This document shows positions 1-8,691 of a DNA stretch of 64,000 nucleotides, in pieces (within the stretch, counting starts at the first letter, position 1; each line of letters opens with the position of its first letter). The notes under the pieces were generated by a model. The model was not told the origin of the DNA, made no database searches, and saw only the letters and a program-made list of their open reading frames with translations. The position numbers and the translations under genes are program-made. This DNA comes from Methanobacteriota archaeon (GTDB taxonomy: Archaea > Thermoplasmatota > Thermoplasmata > SG8-5), in contig VMTD01000047.1 of the NCBI GenBank assembly GCA_013791785.1, forward strand, positions 1,704 through 65,703, given 5' to 3'.

Positions 1-69
1 CAAAGTGCTCACTCGGACATAGATTGCGGCCCTAGTTTGCATGGAGCACTACCCCCTCGTCAGAAACCC

Positions 70-90
70 GTATATAAAAGTTCGGTGAAC
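70..90 (+). promoter_or_regulatory. putative archaeal BRE/TATA box (cccgtatataaaagtt) upstream of the 134 start
   Basis: TATA-like tatataaaag about 50 nt upstream of the first ATG, preceded by a purine-rich BRE-like stretch. Confidence 0.3.
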
Positions 91-133
91 ACTTATATAG
101 TCGCTCCAGCAACACGGCACCAATGTCGCATAC

Positions 134-1723
134 ATGATATTAGCATCGCAGTCCGTCATTCTCTCCCTGGCACTAATCGTTTTCGGTTGGGCCATGCCCA
201 GCGCCTCCCAGTTAGTGATTATCGTGTGCTCGCTCGTGATAGGAAACGCGATTACTCACACGTTCCTGGATTTCATTCCGTCGGTGTTCCTGGGGGCTCC
301 GGATGATTCCACCGCGCTTTCCGTCCTCCCGGGCCACAGGATGGTGCTGGCCGGCCGGGGTTACGAGGCAGTGAAATGCTCAATCATAGGCAGTTTCGGC
401 GCGGTCCTGGGTGCGCTGGCTTTACTCATCCCCATGCGCCTGATTATCGGCAGCCCCATAAATGCCTACGATGCAGTGGCGAAATGGATGCATCTCTTCC
501 TTCTGGCAGTCAGCATTTTCCTGATAATGACAGAGAGTTCCAGGCCAGGCGATTACTGTCCCAGAGGCAGAAAGTTCGAGATGAGGGGGCATTGTCTTCT
601 CGGGGCGCTGAAACCCGATGAGGGCCTCCACACGGGCCAAGTTGTCCACACTCTCGGGGAGCTGGAAGCGGCCTCCAAGGGCACCATGGCCATACGGGCG
701 AAGGTCGTGAACAAATTTTCCGACGCCGGTGCAAGGTTCTACTTACTGGAGGACAGCAGAAAGCAAGTCCTCATGGAGGTGCTGGGCGAGCCGAAGATCG
801 AGCCGGACATCGGCGAGGAAACAGTCGCGGTCGGGTCGATACGCCAGGTTCTTGGCTGGAAGGATCATGCAATAAAACGGGCAATGGCCCTATGTGTTTT
901 TCTCCTGGCAGGGGCTCTCGGTTCCGCTTTGCTGGTGATTCCTGGGATGGCTTCCAGGAACATATTCCTGATTAATTTCCAGTCTGTGGACCAAGGCACG
1001 GTGCTGCTGTTTCCGTTGTTCACCGGCCTTTTCGGCATTTCCACACTTCTGCTGAGCCTGAAGGACAGCCCCAAGATACCGGAACAGAAAGTGGATAATG
1101 TCCGAGTGAAATTACCCCTGAAACGGCAGCTGAAAGCCATATTCTCCGGCTGCATAGCCAGCATGGCCTCCTGGTTTCCCGGAATCTCCGCGGCGATATC
1201 CACCATCATCTCGGTATTTCTAACCCGTTCCCGCGATATCGAATCGGACGAGAGGGATTCGGAAACACTGGAGTTCATCGTTTCCGTATCCGCCGTGAAC
1301 ACCGCAGTCGCGCTGTTCAACCTCATGGCGCTCTTCGTAATTCTGAAATCCAGGAGCGGGGCAATGAAAGCGGTTGAAGCCCTGATATCCACCGAGCTGG
1401 TGGCCTGGGAGCCCCTGAATGCGGTCCCTCTGGCAATGTCCGCCCTGATATTTTCTGCACTGGTTGCGGCGATTGTTTCCGTGCCGCTGGCGCTGTTTTT
1501 CGGAAAACTGTTTGCGCGGCATTGCTCCAGGATCAATTACTCTCTGATGGTGAAGAGCGTAATCGTCTTGCTCCTGGTAATGGTCCTGCTGTTCTCCGGC
1601 GTACTCGGCCTGGCAATACTGGCCGTGGCCATCTGCGTGGGCATGATACCGCCGCTCATCGGGGTTAAACGCGTCCACCTCATGAGCTGCCTGATAGTGC
1701 CTGTGATAATCTTCTTCATGTGA
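134..1723 (+). CDS. polytopic membrane protein with a central soluble OB/TRAM-like insert (TctA/DUF112-like topology)
   Basis: 529-aa ORF with several hydrophobic helices at both ends and a charged soluble middle segment (EMRGHCLLGALKPDEGLHTGQVVHTLGELE...). Confidence 0.55.
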   Translation: MILASQSVILSLALIVFGWAMPSASQLVIIVCSLVIGNAITHTFLDFIPSVFLGAPDDSTALSVLPGHRMVLAGRGYEAVKCSIIGSFGAVLGALALLIPMRLIIGSPINAYDAVAKWMHLFLLAVSIFLIMTESSRPGDYCPRGRKFEMRGHCLLGALKPDEGLHTGQVVHTLGELEAASKGTMAIRAKVVNKFSDAGARFYLLEDSRKQVLMEVLGEPKIEPDIGEETVAVGSIRQVLGWKDHAIKRAMALCVFLLAGALGSALLVIPGMASRNIFLINFQSVDQGTVLLFPLFTGLFGISTLLLSLKDSPKIPEQKVDNVRVKLPLKRQLKAIFSGCIASMASWFPGISAAISTIISVFLTRSRDIESDERDSETLEFIVSVSAVNTAVALFNLMALFVILKSRSGAMKAVEALISTELVAWEPLNAVPLAMSALIFSALVAAIVSVPLALFFGKLFARHCSRINYSLMVKSVIVLLLVMVLLFSGVLGLAILAVAICVGMIPPLIGVKRVHLMSCLIVPVIIFFM

Positions 1724-1755
1724 CCTATAATATACGGCAAACCATTCCGTGCCCA

Positions 1756-4449
1756 ATGAGATTATTGGGGAATCTCCTGCTGGGTATGATTGTAATACTG
1801 GCAACATTGTCGGTTGTTCCATTTCAGCACGGGCCATGCCCGGCGTTGACAGAAGGAACGGCCAGGGCCGGAATGTCAGTGCGCCTGGCATCGATTGGCG
1901 ACATAATAATCAACGAGGTCATGTACGACCCCTTTGACTCGGAGACAGAGGGCGAGTGGGTGGAGCTTCATAATCCCGGCACCGTTGATATCAGTGTAAC
2001 TAATTGGACAATCTCGGACCAGGAAGGAAATCTGGATTTCATTTTCCCTGCCATGGACTTCCCTGCCGGAGGATACGTACTGATTCATGTGGGGGTCGGT
2101 CAGAACGATACAGAATTCGTGAACAAGACGGCAGAGTTCTTCATGGGAAGGACCACTACCCTGCTGTCCAACACCGGTGACGACGTGCTTCTGTCGGATT
2201 CCCTTGGCGCCACCATGAATTTCATTTCCTACGGCCAGTGGGACGGCGCATCTGTCGGTGCAGTTCCGGCGGATTTCGATTACCAGCATTCCAATGCCAC
2301 TGCCTCGGAGGGATATTCCCTTGCCAGGCTGGGTGATGACTTGAGATCGTCAGTGCCAACCCCGCTTTACCCCAATGGGAACGATTCAGCATCGGGCATC
2401 ATTTTCACGGAAGTCCATTACTATGCCTGGGGGGACAACGAGTTCTTCACAATCTGCAACCCGTTGGGATATGCCATGGACATTTCTTCCTGGTACATGA
2501 CCGACCTGGAAGGGGTAATTGCCTTTCCCCTCGGAACCGTCATAATGCCTGGTGGAACACTCACCGCGGCCCAGAATTCCACGAATTACATGTTGCAGAG
2601 GCTGGCAAGCCCGGATCTGGAATATTTCGATTATGATATGCTGATACCGGACATGGTCACTCTCAACGCAATACCGGCGCTGGCCAATGCCGGCGACGAG
2701 GTGCTCCTCAGAACCAATTTCGGTACGGTTGCCGATGCATTCATCTTCGGAACTTCCAGCTATATCGGCACAGGGTGGGACTCAGGCCCGGTTCCGGCCC
2801 AATCCCAGGGCAGCATTGCCAAACGTCGTACGTACGCTGACACCAATGTTTCCGGGGATTGGGTGTACATTCGTCAATATTTCATAGGCCAATCTGACTT
2901 CGGTGTTTCTTCTTTCACATCAAATTTCCCGCTGACGCTGTTTGCATCTCCTGACTCCAGTTTCGAGGCCTTATCCGCCGAGCTGGACAACGCCACCCAG
3001 AGCATCTGGCTAACAGTCTATGAATTCACCAGCTACCCGCTGGCCCAGAAACTTCTTTCGGCAATAGGCCGGGGCGTGGTGGTTCGCGTGTTCCTGGAAG
3101 GTGCGCCAGTGGGGGGCATAACTGCCATGGAACTCTACATCTCAAGGAAGATTGCGGAGGCAGGCGGCTCGGTCCGCATAATGACCAATGACCCGGACAA
3201 TGACATCCATTCCAGGTACACCTATGTCCATGCCAAATACGCGGTAATCGATTCCGATACCCTGGTCATCATGTCGGAGAACTGGGGCCTGTCCGGTGTT
3301 CCGCTTCCGGATACCAGTGGCAACAGGGGCTGGGGCGCCGTTGTGAAGGATGCCACAACCGCAAGTTACTTTGCCGACGTATTCGCCGAGGACTGGGAGC
3401 CGGAACGCTCTGACAGCGTGGCCTTTGACCAGTATCATTCATTGTGGAGCGCCGGAATCAACACGACGTACTCAAGCCAGTCATTTGAACCAATGTTTCC
3501 TGCGGTGACCGTGACCTCCAATTCCGTGTTCACACCGGTTCTCTCCCCGGACACTTCCCTTTCTTCCGGGACAATACTGGGCCAGCTGGCTTCCGCTTCC
3601 CGGCGGGTTCTGGTCCAGGAATTCTACATATACAAGCACTGGGGCGACAGGTCCGTCGGCACCGTTGAGACGACGCCCAATCTCTATCTGGAAGCGGTGA
3701 TAGATGCGGCAAGGAGGGGCTGCCAGGTGAAGGTCCTTCTGGATGCCACTTTTTACAATGTAATGGGGGACGATCCCATTGACAATGATGACACGGTCGC
3801 TTACATCAATGCTGTTGCGCTGGCAGAGGGCCTGGACATGGAGGCCAAACTGGTCAATCTGAACGAGCACGGTTTCGAGAAGATACACAACAAAGGCCTC
3901 ATCGCGGATGATTCCGTTCTCATATCCAGCATCAACTGGAACCTCAATTCCGTCACCCGGAACCGGGAAACCGGCCTTATAATCCGGAATTCCGGCGCCG
4001 CCGATTATTTTGCGGCAATATTCGACCATGACTGGATTGATGACCTCACCCCGCCGTTCGCCCATTTCTCCATTGAAGATTGTTACGGCACGAATGTCAC
4101 TGTCTGGCTCAATTCCAACACGTCATCCGACAATTCCGGCATAGTGAACCATACCTGGAAATTAGACGGCCAGGTTGTTTGCCATGACCCGTATTTCAGT
4201 CATATTTATACCATGCCGGGCCAGTATCTCGTGGAACTGACGGTCCGCGACTTCTGGGGCAACGCGGCGTCTTATGCCAGGGCGCTCAACGTGACCGCCG
4301 AAGGACCGTCGGAGGACGACGGTACGCCTACCGATAACGAAAACATCGGGGAGGACAGTGCCTTCACCGCAATGATAGGAGTGCTCCTGCTGGTGCCTAT
4401 CTTCATATTCGCGGTTCTGGTCCTGGTGTCCCTCAAGCGCAGGCGATGA
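1756..4449 (+). CDS. secreted, C-terminally anchored LTD - tandem PLD (HKD x2) - PKD domain protein; alternative GTG start at 1720 overlaps the upstream stop
   Basis: signal peptide MRLLGNLLLGMIVILATLSVVP; lamin-tail-domain motif (INEVMYDP...EWVELHNPG); two HxK(x)4D motifs (HAKYAVIDSD..SEN and HNKGLIADDS..SIN); PKD-like segment; C-terminal TM helix + RRR. Confidence 0.7.
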   Translation: MRLLGNLLLGMIVILATLSVVPFQHGPCPALTEGTARAGMSVRLASIGDIIINEVMYDPFDSETEGEWVELHNPGTVDISVTNWTISDQEGNLDFIFPAMDFPAGGYVLIHVGVGQNDTEFVNKTAEFFMGRTTTLLSNTGDDVLLSDSLGATMNFISYGQWDGASVGAVPADFDYQHSNATASEGYSLARLGDDLRSSVPTPLYPNGNDSASGIIFTEVHYYAWGDNEFFTICNPLGYAMDISSWYMTDLEGVIAFPLGTVIMPGGTLTAAQNSTNYMLQRLASPDLEYFDYDMLIPDMVTLNAIPALANAGDEVLLRTNFGTVADAFIFGTSSYIGTGWDSGPVPAQSQGSIAKRRTYADTNVSGDWVYIRQYFIGQSDFGVSSFTSNFPLTLFASPDSSFEALSAELDNATQSIWLTVYEFTSYPLAQKLLSAIGRGVVVRVFLEGAPVGGITAMELYISRKIAEAGGSVRIMTNDPDNDIHSRYTYVHAKYAVIDSDTLVIMSENWGLSGVPLPDTSGNRGWGAVVKDATTASYFADVFAEDWEPERSDSVAFDQYHSLWSAGINTTYSSQSFEPMFPAVTVTSNSVFTPVLSPDTSLSSGTILGQLASASRRVLVQEFYIYKHWGDRSVGTVETTPNLYLEAVIDAARRGCQVKVLLDATFYNVMGDDPIDNDDTVAYINAVALAEGLDMEAKLVNLNEHGFEKIHNKGLIADDSVLISSINWNLNSVTRNRETGLIIRNSGAADYFAAIFDHDWIDDLTPPFAHFSIEDCYGTNVTVWLNSNTSSDNSGIVNHTWKLDGQVVCHDPYFSHIYTMPGQYLVELTVRDFWGNAASYARALNVTAEGPSEDDGTPTDNENIGEDSAFTAMIGVLLLVPIFIFAVLVLVSLKRRR

Positions 4450-5435
4450 CAAGCTTAATCAATACTGAGCGAATGCGCATTGCCATGAACACGACCATGC
4501 TGTGCGTTCTGAATTCCGAAACTCTGGCAACCAGCCTGGGCAAGAAGGGCACGGAAAGCGATATCACCCTATACAACCACAAACAGGGCGAGAAAGCCAT
4601 CTCCGTGGTAATGCCCACCAGGTATCCTGATAAGCTTACTCCTCTTCTCTATTCACTTTTCCTCGGCTCGGAGGTATTCATGGTCATTGACAAGCTGGAC
4701 AGGACCATCGGAGAGGAACTCGTCGCCTGCGATGTCATGGGAAAGACCAAGGGCACCATATTCCTGGAAAATTACATCACCCCGGAGCAAATCAAGCCAT
4801 TGCTGAGCGGTACCGGCCTGAGCGGCTGGCAGATTGTGGAGGGCCTGGGCAACCCCAATGAGATGAGGGAAGAACTCATGGCCAGGGAATCTATACCCAT
4901 ACCCGGTCCGACCAGGGTAAGCATCGACCACTCTTTCCCTGTCAAGGGCCTCGGAACAGTATGCCTCGGCATAGTGGACCAGGGCGTCGTCAAGAAGCAT
5001 CAGGAACTGACAATATATCCGACAGGCAAGAAATCCCTGGTCCGGTCAATCCAGGTCCATGACAATGACGTCACGGAAGCCAGTTCCGGAAACAGGGTCG
5101 GCCTGGCCATGAAAGGCGTTGAGCCCGAAGACATCGGCAGAGGAACAATCCTGGCCGAGGAAGGCGTCCTGGCAGTGAAGAACCGCCTTGATCTAACAGT
5201 AACAATCAACAAATTCTGGAAGGGCGCGCTGAAGAACGGCATGGTGGTCCATGCGGCCAGTGGCCTCCAGTTCATACCTGCGACCATCACCATGGGCGGC
5301 GAACTGAAGGCCGGCCAGTCAGGGAAATTGCACATCGAACTGGAATCCCCCATGGCGTTATCCTCATCGGATGCAGTCATAATATGCTGGCTTGATTCGG
5401 TTGGGTCCAGGGTGGCGGGGAAGGGCGTGCAGTAG
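4446..5435 (+). CDS. EF-Tu/SelB-family protein with a degenerate G domain (no GxxxxGKS/T P-loop) and a recognisable EF-Tu domain-2 beta barrel
   Basis: 329-aa ORF; RVSIDHSFPVKGLGTVCLGIVDQGVVKKHQELTIYPTG...VGLAMKGVEPEDIGRGTIL resembles EF-Tu domain 2; the N-terminus lacks canonical G1/G4 motifs. Confidence 0.5.
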   Translation: MTSLINTERMRIAMNTTMLCVLNSETLATSLGKKGTESDITLYNHKQGEKAISVVMPTRYPDKLTPLLYSLFLGSEVFMVIDKLDRTIGEELVACDVMGKTKGTIFLENYITPEQIKPLLSGTGLSGWQIVEGLGNPNEMREELMARESIPIPGPTRVSIDHSFPVKGLGTVCLGIVDQGVVKKHQELTIYPTGKKSLVRSIQVHDNDVTEASSGNRVGLAMKGVEPEDIGRGTILAEEGVLAVKNRLDLTVTINKFWKGALKNGMVVHAASGLQFIPATITMGGELKAGQSGKLHIELESPMALSSSDAVIICWLDSVGSRVAGKGVQ

Positions 5436-5436
5436 T

Positions 5437-7401
5437 TTACCAGTCTATTGTCCAAATAACATCCGCCGGAACCAGTACCCAATATCCATTGCCAGGCGAC
5501 ATAACATAATCCGGCCCGACCTCTATGATATATGGTGGCTCTGGGTCGAAGGCCTCCACCCTGATCGCACCGGTTCCCCAGAGGGCGTCTGCCACAGTCC
5601 TAGGGGTCAGGCTCGGGTATCCCATCAGGTTCCAGCCGGCTTTCAGTTGTATCTGGGGTTTTGTCAGAATATCCCCAATCACGCTCAACATCCCGTCTGT
5701 CGGGTCGGTGATATACACCCAGAGGCCCATGGTGTAATCCACATATGTGAGGTCATTGACAGTTGAGCCTGGCCGATATGTCTTCCACCGGCCTGTGGAT
5801 GCGTCATACCACTTCACCACGCTCCAGTCGTCCCCCACGTCGTTCAGAACAATGTCCGGGGAGCCCATAGCGTCCACAGGGAAGGAGATAAGGTTCCAGC
5901 CCATGAATATCTCAATGTCGTAGCTGGGGGGCGGAGACACCATCATGATAGGGCCGGCCAGCCCCAATACTTGGCTGTTTGGCGTCGCGGCCATGTCCGT
6001 GGCCTGACCGCTGTATTCCACCAAATCCCCGGCAGAGAATGTTCCTGCAGGGATTGTATACCTCAGAGAGTACAGGTAGCTTCCGTATCCGGCGAACGTT
6101 GCCTCCCAGGTGAAGTTCTGCCATGAACCACCGTTCACACGGTAGCTGAAGTATGAATTCGCAAGGTCGGTGTCGAGGGCTGTGAAGTCCTCGTAGAAAG
6201 CGGTGAACATCAGGTTCGAATCGACATAGGCGGTTGCTCCCGGCACCGTACCCCAGGCTGTCAAAGGTGCGGTGGTGTCTGTGATGGTGAAGTCTGCCGG
6301 AACTACTAAGCTGTATTCATATCCATCAAATGCGCGGACATCAACGCTGTGGAGTCCTTCAGTGTACGGGGATGGGAACATCAGGGCGACCGGGCTCGTG
6401 AAGGTTGTCCATGGACTGCCATCTATACTATATTCCAATGTTACTGGATTCATGTCTAAGCTGCTTCCTGATGCAGTCAGGGTCACGTATTCGGTTACTA
6501 CATTTCCGTTGTGCGGATTGGGGCTTACATTTGCATAGTCAACTGTGACATGTGGCGGATGCCACCAGCCCTGTGTCGGTTCGCTGTATACCAATGACCT
6601 GATACCGCCTTTCCATATTGGCACAGCACAATACCAATCAAAGTCTACAGTAGCATATGAAATAGGACTTCCAAATGCTGACACCCCGACCTGGGTCCAG
6701 GGGCCGTTATCATCAACGCTTTCCATCAAAGCCCAGGATTCAATCTGGCCGTTGGTGTCTCCAGCTACATCAGACGGTCCTGAAACGCCGGCCCAGGTCC
6801 ATGTCATTCCATCTAATGATGTTGGCACTGGCATCTCCAGCACCTCGAAGAAGCTTGTCGGGGGTGAGGTTCCGGGCAATACTTCCTGGTCTCCGACAAA
6901 GCTGTCGTGGATGTCAGTTCCTGCCCAGATATACCCATGCGGTACGGTACCAATCTGCGCACCGTTGTTCATATATACCCTCGGAGGTGTTACCACATTC
7001 TTGTCCAGCTCCATCACGAAGATAATGTTTTCACCAAAGGTCGGTTCGGTCTGCGAAAAGGCTGTCTGAACCATGGCGCAGTAATCCACGCCGGTCTGGC
7101 CTTGCGCCCCGATGATGTCGCTCATTCCCGGATAAGGCCAACCACCGAAAGGAATTACATCAGTGTTTACCTCGGCGGGAGTGTCCTCCACCCAGCACCG
7201 AACAACACCACCATTTGGATTTGTTCCATCTGAGGTTGTATCTCGAATGCGCAAGTCATCCAGGGACCATGATATTGTGTCGGTGAACCAATAGCTGTGC
7301 GGGTTAGCCCCCCGGGTTGATGCGGGTATCAATGCTAGGGCAGAAATCATAATCACAACAGAGACGAGTATCACACTCATTTTCCGGCATTTGTTTTTCA
7401 T
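5437..7401 (-). CDS. secreted protein (654 aa); its C-terminal ~150 aa domain is shared with the protein at 8692..10626
   Basis: N-terminal signal peptide; RBS gggggtg 7 nt upstream; shared domain GWNLISFPV...WSVVKWYD...GLWVYITDP. Confidence 0.7.
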   Translation of the reverse strand: MKNKCRKMSVILVSVVIMISALALIPASTRGANPHSYWFTDTISWSLDDLRIRDTTSDGTNPNGGVVRCWVEDTPAEVNTDVIPFGGWPYPGMSDIIGAQGQTGVDYCAMVQTAFSQTEPTFGENIIFVMELDKNVVTPPRVYMNNGAQIGTVPHGYIWAGTDIHDSFVGDQEVLPGTSPPTSFFEVLEMPVPTSLDGMTWTWAGVSGPSDVAGDTNGQIESWALMESVDDNGPWTQVGVSAFGSPISYATVDFDWYCAVPIWKGGIRSLVYSEPTQGWWHPPHVTVDYANVSPNPHNGNVVTEYVTLTASGSSLDMNPVTLEYSIDGSPWTTFTSPVALMFPSPYTEGLHSVDVRAFDGYEYSLVVPADFTITDTTAPLTAWGTVPGATAYVDSNLMFTAFYEDFTALDTDLANSYFSYRVNGGSWQNFTWEATFAGYGSYLYSLRYTIPAGTFSAGDLVEYSGQATDMAATPNSQVLGLAGPIMMVSPPPSYDIEIFMGWNLISFPVDAMGSPDIVLNDVGDDWSVVKWYDASTGRWKTYRPGSTVNDLTYVDYTMGLWVYITDPTDGMLSVIGDILTKPQIQLKAGWNLMGYPSLTPRTVADALWGTGAIRVEAFDPEPPYIIEVGPDYVMSPGNGYWVLVPADVIWTIDW

Positions 7402-7405
7402 CGGT

Positions 7406-8458
7406 TCACACCCCCAATGTGGCGACAGGACATGTCCATGTCATCTCCGAAGCCGTAGAGAGAACGAGCCTGTAGCACTCACCGGGCATGAGATTGAAAT
7501 TCGTACCGGCTATCATGACTCTGGCCTCCCACATGCTGGTGTCCTGGTTCCAGCGATTCACAGAGGAAACGGCATTTATTGGTGTGCCAGTGCCTCTAAT
7601 GTTCGAAATTAAATAAGCAGCTGTGTTTGCAGTGAATGCATAATGGTATGGAAGTGAAATGTAATTGTTATCTGCTCCGGCCACTCCGGTGCCCTTAAAA
7701 AGGAGATGAATGTAATCCGGGTCGTACGCCCCCACCATCTTGTAAATAACCACTGGTAGGGTAACCACTGCTCGGTATCCCTCGCCGGGTTTGAGGACGA
7801 AATTCGTACCGGCAAAAGAAGTTCTGGCTTGCCACATGCTGTTGTTAGAATCCCATCTGTTCACAGACGATATGCCATTGATTGGAGTTCCATAGGTACG
7901 CATGTCGCCTATGAGGGCCGCCGCGTTATTCGTGTGTGTGCTATAGGTGATGTTCACCCGATATGGAAGCGAGATATAGTTCTGATCCATTCCAGCGGAA
8001 CCCATTCCCTGTCTCAGAGTGATGCACTTCTTCCAGGCGATGTTGGAAATGTCAAGGTTCTCGGTGGTTCCGAAGACGGACGTAACCACCCAGGCATAAT
8101 CGCTGGCTGTGGCATACGCGCCCACATCCGTCCAGATAATTTTTCCTGTGCCGGTGGCCGGAACCACATCATAAGGCGATGAGTAATTGAACCCGTCCCC
8201 GCGGACGCTGGTTGACCTGTAAATCCTGTACTCTGTCGCGCCGGATATCTCTGACCACTCCAGCTGAACGTCGGTTGCGGTGGGCGCGTGGGGGGTGGCC
8301 AGTAGGTCCATTATTTCGAAAACCGTCGGCTGAATCGGTGTGGGCGGAACCCTGGCGATGCCGCCGCGCGCTTTTCCCTCTGCCAGTCCCGCACCTGCAA
8401 GGATTATGGCCAAAATTATGAGAACGGCCGCAACCCCCAACAATCTCGAGTCTCTCAT
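7406..8458 (-). CDS. secreted FN3-like protein with an internal tandem duplication of a ~100-aa module (track start 8467 is TTG; ATG at 8458 preferred)
   Basis: signal/TM segment; DVQLEWSEISGATEYRIYRS (FN3-like); two copies of ...NYISLPY...SSVNRW(D/N)...SMW(Q/E)AR...AGTNF.L.PGE.YR.V; TATA-like aaattatatatag upstream. Confidence 0.65.
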   Translation of the reverse strand: MRDSRLLGVAAVLIILAIILAGAGLAEGKARGGIARVPPTPIQPTVFEIMDLLATPHAPTATDVQLEWSEISGATEYRIYRSTSVRGDGFNYSSPYDVVPATGTGKIIWTDVGAYATASDYAWVVTSVFGTTENLDISNIAWKKCITLRQGMGSAGMDQNYISLPYRVNITYSTHTNNAAALIGDMRTYGTPINGISSVNRWDSNNSMWQARTSFAGTNFVLKPGEGYRAVVTLPVVIYKMVGAYDPDYIHLLFKGTGVAGADNNYISLPYHYAFTANTAAYLISNIRGTGTPINAVSSVNRWNQDTSMWEARVMIAGTNFNLMPGECYRLVLSTASEMTWTCPVATLGV

Positions 8459-8691
8459 GATATCCAATAGTGGAAAGTCACTATATATAATTTATCTTGA
8501 ACGTGTACATTAAACATAATAGTTCGGGCAATTTGGAGATGATTATTCATCCCATACGAACGAAAACATGCAGTGCTCCCCCCTTTTTGCGCGCATCTCT
8601 TCTGTTATCTGGACACCCACGACCTTTCTGTCAAGGGTCGGCTAGCTCGAGGGTGGTTGGTGGGAAAAGGAAGCCGAGGCGGTTGAGCACT

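Noticed and set aside
865-1891. Minus-strand ORFs 865..1536 and 1220..1891 (223 aa each), and many similar antisense ORFs inside large genes (e.g. 11994..12551 in ABCE1, 34357..37110 in the NuoF::GltD gene, 53601..55760)
   Set aside because: They lie antisense within well-supported conserved genes, have no RBS or promoter context, and have low-complexity or Cys/Pro/Arg-rich compositions typical of shadow ORFs.
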